This document shows, piece by piece, positions 13,927 through 25,600 of a DNA stretch of 64,000 nt; within the stretch, counting starts at the first letter, position 1; the number at the start of each line of letters is the position of its first letter. A program made the position numbers and the translations under genes. Under the pieces are notes generated by a model, which saw only the letters and a list, made by a program, of their open reading frames with translations, had not been told where the DNA came from and did no database searches. Source of the DNA: Rhizodiscina lignyota (Eukaryota); assembly GCA_010015805.1 (NCBI GenBank), contig ML978132.1:682001-746000 (forward strand), read 5' to 3'.

Positions 13927-16866
13927 CTACGAAGGCGATGCGCCGTCTGTGGCGGTGGCATTCCCTGCGCCTGCAGCATCTGATGGCACTGTTTCCCATT
14001 CCAAAGGATTGTCTCGCGTGCCCTGCGGCGTCGCTGGCCCGCTGCGGACTTGGCGCGGGCGGATGTGGGATATAGAGTCGGGACTGCTACCGCCATCGTT
14101 GTCGTCGAGCTCGATATCGCCAGAGCCGTTTTCGTGAGACGCTGTCTTCCTGATGCTGTCGTCTTCAGCCACGTCAATGCTGTCGTCCCTCGTGAAGCTT
14201 CGCACAGGAACGGGGCTTTCGTCTGCCGGCGTCGGTGGTGAGATCTCGACGATTGGCCGTCTCTTCTCGACCGGTGAGTCGCCACCCCCAAAGGCCGATT
14301 CGCGAAAGAATTTTCTGAGGTTTATCCTCGACCCTCTCCGTCCGCTGTCGGGTGAAGACGGCCTATCAGGACTACCAGGAGGGCTGTCATATGCCAGCGA
14401 CATCTTGAATCGCTGACTCTTATTCATCATGTTTTGTACAATGGGCATCTCCAAGCTACTGTTGCCGTGCTTGACAAACAGGACGAATCCTAAGCACATA
14501 AGTAGCAGCGTGCTTTGCACTACCGCCATGCGCTTCTGAAAAATGACTTCGTCCGCGAGCAACGTGAGTCGTGTGCTGATGGCAAGAAGCTCGCGCTGAT
14601 ACTGCTCGCGGTGTGTTTCAAGCTCGATGACTGTGCTTTGCCAAAGCTGATCATATTGGGTTCGAAATGTCTTGAGCTCGGCCATCACGGTGGTATTGAG
14701 ATGATTAAGGAACGTCTCCGTCTTGCTGAGTTGGCGCTTCTCGACCTTGGTGAAGGCATCGCGAAGAATTCGAGACTGCTCTTCGATATATTGAAGTGAT
14801 AATGTAGCGTTCGACTCGAGCATCCTAAGGCGCTTATCGACGGATTTGAAAAAGCTCTCCTGGGTCGGTGGACTCGCTGCCGGTGGCTGTGGCGGTGCAG
14901 TTGAACCTGAAGACTTGATTGTGTCGTGAGAGGCACCATTCTGAGACAACTTGCTGCTGGCTATTGTCGTGCCTGATCCGACTGTTTCTCCTGACGATCC
15001 TCTGTTGGTGGAATTTGCCGCTCCGGTTGTATCGCCCGAGACATGTGATTTATGCGTATGCTGTGTATCCACGCTTGCTGCTGCCGTTGAGGTAGTACTT
15101 GTTGAGCCCTTGACGCTCGTGCTCCCAGTGGTGTTTGTATCTGTGCCATTTATGGGCCTGTGACTCCTGTCAGATGTTCCTTGTGTTGTTTTTGTTGAAT
15201 TTGCTGATGCGTCTGTGGATCGTTCCGATGCTGTGACACCCGCCTCGTTAACGCCCTGATGGCCGCTGCCTGATGATGATACTTCGCCGCTAGAGTCTCG
15301 TTGGCTGGGAGGCATCGATGTAAAATCGGATGAAACTCCAGATACGTCGATTGGCTTTGCCGGGTCCATGGGTTTGCCGGGCTCAGCTGATAGCGTCCCA
15401 GGAACGTCAGAGGTAGCCTCTACAGCGTCTTCTGTGATCGAATCCGCAGATGATGCAGACGCAGCTTCTTGCAGCATCACAACCTCTGCCGTGACGACCT
15501 TCTCATGCCCACCTGCAGCCTCTTCAATACCCTGCTCTTCGCCCATTGCCTCCCCTCTGACCCTCTCTTCTTCATGCTTATACTCTTCCATCATCGTGAT
15601 CCCATGCACCCTAAGCAGACTAACGGGACAATAATACTCATTACCGTAATGCGTGAGAAACTCAAGTCTGAGATACCTCGCCCATACCCTCGGTCCATCC
15701 ACCAGAAACGCCTGAATCTCCCTGCTATTGCGTGCCTCATAAACTCCCAAGTCCACCCACTGGTTTGGTTTTGGAGGATACCTATCGCTGACACTAACGC
15801 GAAACGTCCGCACCATGGAGCTGAAGAACTCGAAATTTGCCAGCACGATGGTATCAACGATAATGTCGTCGCACAGCTCCACGACAAGAAATTTGTTCGC
15901 CGCGGCACATTCGTTGAGCATGTAACTGTCCTTGTTTTCCAGCAGCACCGAAGTCGCCGACTTGCATTGCGGGTTCGTCTTCAGAACAGTCGCCGCGCAG
16001 TCAAACGACGCGTAGTTGTACCGCTCCTTACACGTCTTGCCCGCATCTTTGCTCCGCAGGTATCCCACTGCCGGCGCCGCCTCAGATGATTGTTCCTCTG
16101 TTGAAGACTCTGACCGAGTTGGCGATTCCGAGTTGGGTGGAGCTTCTTTGCCTATCCCAGCAAACGCGCCGAAATCGAAATCAATCTCTCCTTCATCACC
16201 TAGAGAGTCCAAGTTGCTAATGTCCGGTCTCTTACGCCCTGGGGTCCCGCCCGCAGCGCCACCACGTCCATTACCGACATGCTCAGGGGATTGACCTGCA
16301 CGTTCGAGATTCTGCTTCTTCCATTCTTCGAAGGATAGAAACTTTGCATCTTCTAGTAGGGAGTCTGCATCGACTTCTTGTTCTGCTGGCGACGGTTTGA
16401 AATCTGTTTCCGAAACAAACGAGTGGATGTCGCTTGATGCTGTTGCAGGTCGATGTAATGCTTCAACAGTAGCGGTTGTCCTTCCTGACGCAGTTTCCAC
16501 CGTATTTCCATCATGATTTATCCCAGACACCAATACATCTTGCCCGGTTGCCGTCGGCTCCGCAGTACTTTCCGTCCATAATATACCCTCATAGCTAGTC
16601 TTCAGACACTGTTGCGGTAGAGTATGTGTGACATAGTTAACCTCCCTATTCTGGCAGGTCTTCTCGCCCGTTGGGATCGAGGATGGAATGAACGGAGGGA
16701 TCACATCGTCGAACGAGGCGCTTTTGGTCGTTGTCGGCGTGGACGCTGTTGTAGATAGGGTATCGTTCACCGCATGGCTGTTGGCAGCCGCACTACCTGC
16801 AAAACATCCCGAAGCCAGTAAAAGGAACGTCCCGCCGCTGAGGAAGTGAGGAGCAGTCCAGCGCAT
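13927..16866 (-). CDS. SLP1: Mid-SUN domain ER membrane protein (Slp1/SUCO family, 979 aa, intronless)
   Basis: Signal peptide; FLSFEEWKKQNL; KERYNYASFDCAATVLKTN..KDSYMLNEC..LANFEFFSS..HYGNEYYCPVSLLRVHG (SUN domain); QESFFKSV..LESNATLSLQYIEEQS coiled coil; one TM helix near the C-terminus. Confidence 0.93.
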   Translation of the reverse strand: MRWTAPHFLSGGTFLLLASGCFAGSAAANSHAVNDTLSTTASTPTTTKSASFDDVIPPFIPSSIPTGEKTCQNREVNYVTHTLPQQCLKTSYEGILWTESTAEPTATGQDVLVSGINHDGNTVETASGRTTATVEALHRPATASSDIHSFVSETDFKPSPAEQEVDADSLLEDAKFLSFEEWKKQNLERAGQSPEHVGNGRGGAAGGTPGRKRPDISNLDSLGDEGEIDFDFGAFAGIGKEAPPNSESPTRSESSTEEQSSEAAPAVGYLRSKDAGKTCKERYNYASFDCAATVLKTNPQCKSATSVLLENKDSYMLNECAAANKFLVVELCDDIIVDTIVLANFEFFSSMVRTFRVSVSDRYPPKPNQWVDLGVYEARNSREIQAFLVDGPRVWARYLRLEFLTHYGNEYYCPVSLLRVHGITMMEEYKHEEERVRGEAMGEEQGIEEAAGGHEKVVTAEVVMLQEAASASSADSITEDAVEATSDVPGTLSAEPGKPMDPAKPIDVSGVSSDFTSMPPSQRDSSGEVSSSGSGHQGVNEAGVTASERSTDASANSTKTTQGTSDRSHRPINGTDTNTTGSTSVKGSTSTTSTAAASVDTQHTHKSHVSGDTTGAANSTNRGSSGETVGSGTTIASSKLSQNGASHDTIKSSGSTAPPQPPAASPPTQESFFKSVDKRLRMLESNATLSLQYIEEQSRILRDAFTKVEKRQLSKTETFLNHLNTTVMAELKTFRTQYDQLWQSTVIELETHREQYQRELLAISTRLTLLADEVIFQKRMAVVQSTLLLMCLGFVLFVKHGNSSLEMPIVQNMMNKSQRFKMSLAYDSPPGSPDRPSSPDSGRRGSRINLRKFFRESAFGGGDSPVEKRRPIVEISPPTPADESPVPVRSFTRDDSIDVAEDDSIRKTASHENGSGDIELDDNDGGSSPDSISHIRPRQVRSGPATPQGTRDNPLEWETVPSDAAGAGNATATDGASPS

Positions 16867-17918
16867 TTCGGAAACTCATGGTCATTCCTACGAAATGCCA
16901 GGAGCTGTCGAGTTGTTGTGTATTGGCCAGGTGTGCTGTTGGAAAGATAAAGGTGGCAGGACGCGAATATCTCTTTGTGACAAGGAACCGCGAACCGCGG
17001 CTGGGTGCAGGGATGTGCGCGGAGCCTTGCTCCATCTTTTCTCAGAGAACTCCACAGCGTCTGAAACATGTGAAGACGGGAGGCAGGTTTCGGTTTAACT
17101 GGCAGAGAAGAGGCGACTTCATCAATCTCTATTGTAGAACGGATGGGTACGGAAATAATGTTGTCTGAGTTTGTATAGTACCAAAGACGCCAGCCGAACA
17201 GACCTCCGAAAATTCGACTTCCATCCAGCGTCGTAGACCTGCCCAGGTCTAAGGTTTACCAGGCGCAAAATGATCACTGTTCTATGGCCGTGCTGTCTCT
17301 TAACCTTTATGAGTTTCTCTAGGGCATACGAGGAGCAAACCCAGAAGGTTAGTTGAGCGATTGATACCGCGGTTGCACTGGTCGTTCCTCCCCGGGGACT
17401 TCGTCTTATTTTACTTCATCAGAGCTGCAATAATTTCAGTAATCCCATTGTGGACTTTTATTCATTCTTATGTATATCAGACTAAGCACTGCGTTCCATT
17501 ATGAGTCTCTTCCTGCCTCTTAGTTTCCCCAGCGACCTATTCTTCACTTTTGCAGAGCAGGCCCCTCTCGGCCCTACACCAGACGATTCAATAAACGACC
17601 TTTATCATAATGCCACCAGACAATCGCTGCAGCACCCTTCAGGAATTCCAACCCGGATAACATGGCCTAGTTGACCTGCTGAGCGTGGATAAAGGAATTT
17701 GGCTCTGTTTCGACACAAAGCATTCACGGTGACGGAACTATCACAAGGACAAACGCATTTAAGTCTTTCACTTTCGACACTGACAATGCGATAACAAAGA
17801 GCAAGACATTGTGTCACTAACTTGAGAGTGGAACAATCTCAATATGTACTGGCTTCCCAGCAATAGCGCGATATTCATGTACAAGAAGTCTCAAAAGAGC
17901 AACACAGTTTCAACCGAC

Positions 17919-19535
17919 ATGACAAGGACACTGAAAGAGGACAGGCGACGTGAAATTGGCGACTGGGCTGAGCAAACAGCAGCATCCGCTGAACCGGTCT
18001 TCGACAGACCGCCCTCTCCGGTCGAGCATGGTCGCTTCACACAAGCCGAAGAGAAGTGGAAGACTCTTTTAAAGAAAGACAGCAATGGCCGACGCATCAA
18101 ACCCGGAGATGCATCAGCGGACGTTGGTTACCCGCTAGGTACCTACGAATACCAGGGCTTCCAGTTCGTTGAAACAACCCGCGGCTATACTGTTCGACCT
18201 ACCAAGGCACATTATTTAGATCGCGCGCTTTACCTGTATCCATTTGAGATGTTGAGTCGAGCAACACTCCTGAAAATCAAATGGTACATCGAGAAGGCAC
18301 TGAAACATACGAAACGCAGCATGGATTACGCACAGGAGTTTGGGCGTACAGTTGTAAGTCAAGACCTGATCCCGTTCTCTGTACAAAGCTAACTGTCTTC
18401 GCAGATCATCGAAGGTCCAGGAAAAGACCCAGACAAAGAGAGACCAAACCGCAGACTGTTCTACCATTGGAACATGGTCTGCGATGTCTTAGATAGGATG
18501 GAGCAAACCGATGGCTGGGACAGCTTCTTTGAGTTCTGCAACCAGAAGGCAAACCTTATAATCAACAACCATCTGCTTGTAACTGCAGAGTATGCGCTGA
18601 GTGCCTATGTAAATCTTGATCATCCAGAAGGGCATCCGCTCAGCCTCTACCTCGATCATACGAGAGGACATTTGATACGCCATATGGGATCCGACCTGCA
18701 GTTCGTTGAGAGAATCGTTGATTCTATGCTCAGGCTTTTACAGGAGATGGATGAACCTGAAGAACAAGAATCAGCTATGGAAGAGTCCAGCGACTTTGGG
18801 ATTAGTGGGCAGCTGCGGGGACCTGGGCCTCCAGATATAAGGCGTCATTCATCACCACAAATACCATCTCTGCAGATAAAATCGCCACTTCAGCGATTAC
18901 GATCGATGCGGGCATTGTCACTGCACGTGCAGTTTGTGCGATCGCCGTCCCCCGAAAAGTCTACCAGTCCTCGGAAGTCTACCAGTCATCAGCAGTCCAC
19001 TAGTTCTCCGAAGACTACCACTCCTCCTGTCCGTGTCCGTTCTGTCCGAGGTCGCCTCACTGGCTCATACTGGGTTCGGGGAGGCGGCACGTGTCTTCCT
19101 AGACCGGAAGACGAGGCAGATCATCCGCGCTACGAAAGCATCTTTCATGAGGACTTTGGAGAAGCCTTTCAGGAAATGGACATAGCAATTGCGCAGGGAA
19201 AGAGGGGCGTCAAAGCCGGGACCAAAATTCGTGGTGCATATCCGAACAGGCTTCGGAGAGTTATCAACACGATTGGAAGTTCTGGTAGTCCAACAAGGCC
19301 ATTTGGAGACGATCAGGATGGCGCTCCTGCCACTGCGGAAGGCCACGACGGTGGAGATGACGAGGGCTTCATGAACAGAAGGATCCGGGCTTTGAAGGAA
19401 AGGGTAGACAAGATGCGAAATGGAAAGAATGGAAGCCCCAAGGAACTTATCGAGGCTGTAAGGACGAGGATAAAAATTGTTAATGAGGATGAATATACTC
19501 AGTGGCTAAGTACGACGTTCGACCGTGCGCCATGA
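17919..19535 (+). CDS. Hypothetical protein, lineage-specific (start uncertain: 17844 or 17919)
   Basis: Two long same-frame ORFs joined by a 51-nt phase-0 intron 18354-18404 (GTAAGT..CTAAC..CAG). No recognised domain. Confidence 0.6.
18957..19028 (+). repeat. Coding tandem repeat, 4 x 18 bp (KSTSPR/KSTSHQ/QSTSSP/KTTTPP)
   Basis: AAGTCTACCAGTCCTCGG, AAGTCTACCAGTCATCAG, CAGTCCACTAGTTCTCCG, AAGACTACCACTCCTCCT. Confidence 0.8.
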
Positions 19536-19898
19536 CCCGTCTGTGGCGCAGATTGGAACCACCATCAGTATCCACGGGTGTATTTGGAGGTGGCTGTTCA
19601 CTGGGGCCAAATTAAGAGGTTGAGTTATCTCCTATGTATTGTATGATTCTCTGACTCGAATACTTGCATTTTCCTTTGACTGTCACACCCAGATATTACT
19701 CCGGCGTCGGAAGGATTCACATCCCTGTTCGTGAGTCACCTCTTGCATGCTTTCAGTTTGCACAGCAATTTGCATCGTTGCGCAGCTCGAGTAAAAAGTA
19801 TACAAATAGCACGTTATGTCCCATGGCTTTCGAAATTCAGTTTGCATCTTTCGATGCTTGTCTGTGGTCCAATGCAGGATCTACAGGACGAACCGACC

Positions 19899-20681
19899 AT
19901 GGCTTCAAACGGGTCGACTTCTCGGCCAACCTCATCTAAAAAGCACTTCTTTGACCTTCCGGTGGAGATTCGCCTCATCATTTATGAGTATGTCTTCGGG
20001 CCCTCATGTCGGCTAGCCTCCATAGATCCGTATCACATCCATCGTTCGCAACGGGTATCAATCCAGTCTCCGCTTCCTCCTAAAGCGAGCATCACCAGAG
20101 TCTGCCGAACCATCCGCAGAGAAGCAGTGGCCATTTTTAATCAGTCACACATATTCTGCCACAATTCGAAGCACCCATACCCGGCATTAAGCGCATACAG
20201 GCATGAAGAAACGCAAGCCTGGAGGAGGTGGAAGAAGCTCGCAGAAAAGCTACAGATAGTTCATGTGCGAGACTTCCAGCTGGGAATGGAAATATCGCGA
20301 ATGCCCGAGTCCGCAGAACGTCCGAGGCAGAGTAAACAGGAGAATATGTCAACGCTAACCATATACGTCTCGATGGATCCGCACAAATGCCATGTTCGGT
20401 GCAAAGAACGCGATTCGTGGCGTACCGTCAAGTTGTCACCAACTTCGTGGGAGCTTATAGACTCGGTAATTCGAGAGACACTCGGTTCTTCAAACGACTC
20501 AACATGGAACGGCCTTACGGTGGTGGAAATGGTGGATAGAATCAAGGAAGAGCAGCGTCGGCTCCTGTGCCTCGAGATACCGAAACGCTGTGTTAGGCAC
20601 GACCTCATCGCGCAGTATAGCAGGAGCGAGACGAAAGGAATAGAGATGTGTGTTTTACACGACGGGTTCCAACGTTTGTGA
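19899..20681 (+). CDS. F-box-like / 2EXR-like N-terminal motif protein (~260 aa)
   Basis: HFFDLPVEIRLIIYEYVF...ITRVCRTIRREA pattern typical of fungal F-box-like orphans. ATG in ACCATGG context at 19899. Confidence 0.65.
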   Translation: MASNGSTSRPTSSKKHFFDLPVEIRLIIYEYVFGPSCRLASIDPYHIHRSQRVSIQSPLPPKASITRVCRTIRREAVAIFNQSHIFCHNSKHPYPALSAYRHEETQAWRRWKKLAEKLQIVHVRDFQLGMEISRMPESAERPRQSKQENMSTLTIYVSMDPHKCHVRCKERDSWRTVKLSPTSWELIDSVIRETLGSSNDSTWNGLTVVEMVDRIKEEQRRLLCLEIPKRCVRHDLIAQYSRSETKGIEMCVLHDGFQRL

Positions 20682-22628
20682 GGAGGAATTGATACGGTCA
20701 AATCGGACAGTGTAAGTTATCCAAGGAATACAGACCTGTCTCACGGACATGGCCTGATCATGCATATCATTGAACCACTTCATTAACACTATACTCAAGC
20801 TTGGCAAAGCGTTTAATCACCTCCGATATTTCCACATCTACGTGTTTCAACTAAACACGGACTGCACCACATCATCGATGGATTTCGATACTTCAAATTG
20901 ACCACCATTGGTCGGCGATCATTCTTCGATACGTCTCGCTATTACAATTACCTGGTCCTTGGGTCAAGCAAAATGTTTCCCAAATTACATGGCTAAGAAA
21001 GGTCTTTGATGTGCTATGACTCCCTTACACGCCAAGTCGGCGCGCTAGCTTAATATACGGAAGTGATACCCTTCACCGTTGATGCACCATATACATAGAG
21101 TCCGACAATAAAGGAATTGCTGCTTATTATTTATGCGATTTGGCTCGTTTGACGCTCCTCACTTGGCATCTTAATCTCCCTACACCGACCGTGAGAGTAC
21201 TTCCTGGCTCTAATGCGAGCGAAGAACGAGATGGGTTAATAATCGAGCCAGCGCTCGCTGAACAAGTGGAAGTTACGTTTTAAAGCTTCTAGCTTTCGGT
21301 TGAATTCAGGTTACCCGCTCAGGTGGTACCAGAAACTCGGGTTCTTTGACTTGGTGAAAATGCACCAGACCCTGCGGCTGAAGATTGTACGTTAGCCAAA
21401 CATAGAAATGGTGACAGTCTTTCAAAGTGTGTGCGTACGACTTACGATTGTACTTTGATAACAAGCGGATAAACGTTTAGTAAGTACACGACTTAAAGCA
21501 TTCTACGCTATTAATTTAAGCAGCTTAATATTTCGTAAGCCGACGCGGTAGGAGTATAAGGCTTTGGATCCGAGAGCAGCCAATTTCTCCAAGTAGTGGA
21601 GAGTGAGATGAGGAGATTCGACTAACAATCGAACGAGTGCTCGAGACCATGCGGCGAGTAGATTTGCAGCCTAGTCATTTGGTTGAATTGAACTTACGCA
21701 GGCAGGTGGGCGCTGTGTGTTGAAATGAAGCTCTACACCGGTGGGGGCCATTTTCGGTATGCCGAGACGACAGCGGAGCATTTGTACGCTCCGCTCGGCC
21801 GCTGTATGTAACATTTATCGGCAAAGTTCGAAGCCGACGTTCGTGCTGACCTCGAACCTTGGCTGGCGTCAAATTGCAGTGGCTATGCGCTGCAGGCGAG
21901 ATGCCTGGCGAAGCTCGTATTTACTCAGCTCATGGAAATCTCCGATCGGAGCAGCACCTCCGCCTCCTGACGAGCGTGGCACTTCCGACCTTCATTCGCT
22001 TCACCCTCCCGCCCACCGCCCTCCCTGCCACGATCACAGAGCGAATCGATCCTTTGGCACTTCTCTCCATCGTCGCACCATGTGCTGGGGTTTTGAACCC
22101 CACGGATTGTTGTCAACGGTCGAGACCGTCGGCACCTTTCTCCCCAACCTTTTTGCCCGACTCCACTAGGACCACCACGGATGACACGCAATCTTATCCA
22201 CCTCGAGGCCTGCAATGCTGAAAGATGCAGAGATCCAGTCGTAGTCATCCTTCGCCTCCACCAGCTCAAGACATTTCGGGAGACATTGCGCATGCCGTTG
22301 CACAAAGTCCTTGACCGCTGGAACCCTATTTCAGCTTGCGCGCCATGTGTACCACATGCCTGATTGGTCGCCGCTATACATAGCCACAAGTTCCTGCAGC
22401 ACAACCCTAACGGTGCCTGCGTGGGTAGTTCATCCTTAACAGTCATATTACGTCCCCAGCAGGGAGGATTCCTTCATTTCTTTGCTGAGTGCACTTTTGC
22501 GCGCGACTAATTTGGCCACGACAGCGTCGATCGTTTCTATTCTCCGGTTTCCCTTTCTTAATCTGTTTCCTCTGATCGTTTCGACGTTTCTTCCTCTCAG
22601 CGAGAGAACATCGTGAGAGGATGTCGCG

Positions 22629-25600
22629 ATGAGGCCTTTCATTCTATCTTCTCTTCTCTACGCTCGCTTTGCCCTTTCTCAAACTGGTGCACGTATGATT
22701 TTCGCCCTCTATAGACTGTGGCTCGTACCTCGATTTACTAACTCGTGTCAGATCCACCTCCTTCGCTAACCCTGAACTCTGGTCCAACAGACAGAGGTTC
22801 TATTTCAACATCTTCTTCAAGTGGAAACGTTCCAGGGTCAACTACGGTTCCAAGTAACGCTACTATTACCTCGGGTGTCTGCACAGGATGTCTTCTGGAA
22901 GCTCTTAATCCGTACACCATTCCCGATCCCACGACATTCAAGGACAGCAATTCAACCACTGTCATAACGACAGCGACTGTCATTCGTTCGACGACATTTT
23001 TTGATCCACCGACACCAGTGCCGTATGAGGTTCATTATTATACGGAGACTGTACATTCGACGAAGGTTATCCCTGGCAATTTCTCGACGCTTTCCACATC
23101 AGTTTACACATTTAGCGGAGTACCTCTGTAAGTCGGGCTAAAATGTGTTCCACAAGTGTCTGACTAATTCTTCCAGGACATGGCCGACCCAATATGTATT
23201 GTATTCGACCTTTGCGACAGCAGACAAATGTGCTGCCTCGCCAACGCAGGTATCGATTCCAGAGGCTACCGATTTAGCAAGGCTCATCTACCCGGTTATT
23301 AATGGCTCTGCTTTGCCTTTGGAGCTCGTGCAGTATCTTGAGACGTTTCCCGAATTTGATGGTGTTGACCTTACCAACTGCTCATCTCTGGCACTATCTG
23401 TTGAGCACCTTGCCCGACGGCAGTTTGGGCGTGTTCCTTTCCCCTTTGGCCCTCGAGCGGATGCTTTACCTTTATTCCGTCGTGGAATAAACTCTACAAC
23501 AACTGCAGAGTCTCAGCCATCGCCAGTGCCGGCAGATAATCTTCAACAGAGACCTCCAAACCACATCGTGACTGGAGTTTCGAGCAGCATTCGTTCAACT
23601 GCTTCGAGGTCCTCAACCAGCTCAACATCAAGCTCCATCAGTACTTCGTCATCAACGTCGTCGTCCATTTCTCCGCTGAATTTCAAGCAATCGGGCCTAA
23701 GCACTGGGGTCTCATCAGCAGCGTCGTCATCAAGCTCGTCATCCCGATCATCATCGTCGTCTTTGTCTGTGGCTCCGTTGAGCTTGAAGCCGTCGATTCT
23801 AAGCACTGAAATCTCATCGGTGTCGATTTCCTCTGCAAGCTCATTGTCGTCACTATCATCAACGATTAATTCAACGAGCGAATCTTCGCACTCCCAGCCT
23901 AGCAACGTGGTTTCGCGGCCATCACACATCCCAATCAGCCGCACATTTGCATCCTCCCTGTCGGTTCATATCCAGACAGACCGCCGAAGCCGTCCACATC
24001 TGCCATTGTCAACCGCTTCGCCTGCATCAGTAGGGACGGGTACAATGCCGCATCCACCATTATCGACTGGTTATGAGTCACCTCACAATAGAACAGAACC
24101 GGGCCACCCGCACAAGCCTCACAAGCCCGACCATCCCCACCGTTTCAATGCCACAGGGGAGCATCACCATCATAATGGCACCAATTGTCGTCCTTGCACA
24201 GCCTTCTTTTCACAACCGGAACCTGCAGAGGCAACATCAGCCGAGACCTCTACGAGCATAGGTCCCGTCGGTGGTATTGGCACGGGACCTGATCATAATA
24301 AACCTCCTAAGGTTGGGCACGGTAACGGTGGTACGGGTGACAATGGTTCAGGTTCGGACAATGGAAATAACGGGAGTGGGTCCGAAGCCAGTACAGAGAT
24401 CAACACCCAGCCGGCCCCTGCGTCTGCACCACCAATCTACAAGACGAGCGTCGCAGTTTTGACGCAAGTCACGTCAGACGCGAGTACGACGGTCAAAGCT
24501 CCAGGAACGGTGAGCCACCCTGCTCCAGTAGTAATCCCAACGCACAACAACCAGCCCGGAAACCCTGCGGACAGTCCAGCAAAGAATCCAAATGCAGGTG
24601 GTGGTAGCGGTGCGGCTGGGGGTGGACAGGCGCAGCAAGTACCGGCGAGTGAAAGCTCCAATACAAATGCAGGTTCTAACGTTGTGGGCGGCCTTGTTCC
24701 GATCATCCAAAGTGCGGCGAAAGAGACAGCCACAGTGGCTGCAGCGCCTCCAAAGGATGGTGGAAGCGGCAGCCCAGGTGGTAGCAATGGTGGGCAGCAA
24801 GGCGCAAAAGGTGGTCACGGGAACGGTGGGGGTAATGGAGGAGAGCAGCAGAGCACTGGCCCGGAGCATGGCAGCACGTCCAGCAGCGGTCCGGAGAACA
24901 CCAACCCACAGTCAGATCATGGCTCCGGTAGCGGCCCGAGTGAATCCAATAACCATGGCGGATCGGGCAACGTCCACAATGGAGGCAGTGGTGGCAGCGG
25001 AGGCCAACCTGAAGGTACAAAAGGCGGGCCTGGTTCAAGTGGCGGAAATGGCGAGCCTGCAGGCTCCAGTGGCGGACACGCAAATTCCGGAAATGGGGAT
25101 GGCAACGACGCCGGCTCAGGGATTGGAAATGCTGTGGCTGGAGTAGTTGGTGCGAAGCCTAGCAACAATGCTGGCAATAGTGCTCCAGCTCAGACTGTCA
25201 ATATCGGTGGAACTCCTGTGGCTGTACACGCTTTGCCGACGAGCGGCGGAAATGCTGGATCTGGCTCCGGACATGGGCCTGCGAGTAATGGCGCGTCGAA
25301 CGAAGTTTTTGGAGGATCTATTTCCAACGGTGGCCCGCATGGAAACAACGTTGGAGGGTCTCCTGGAAGCACTCCAGAAGGCTCTTCCGCTAACCCTGGC
25401 AACGGTGTGGTTATTGGAGGGCAGACGATCCAACCAGGCCAAGCGACAACCATTAACAATGTTCCTGTCTCCGTCGGTCCGAGCGGATCAGCTCTTGTAG
25501 TCGGCGGTAGCAGCACGGTCAATCTGCAAGGAGGAGCTGGAGCGCCGCAGACTGTCAATGTTGGCGGAAGTCCACTCCCCGTCCACGTAGCGCCAACGCC

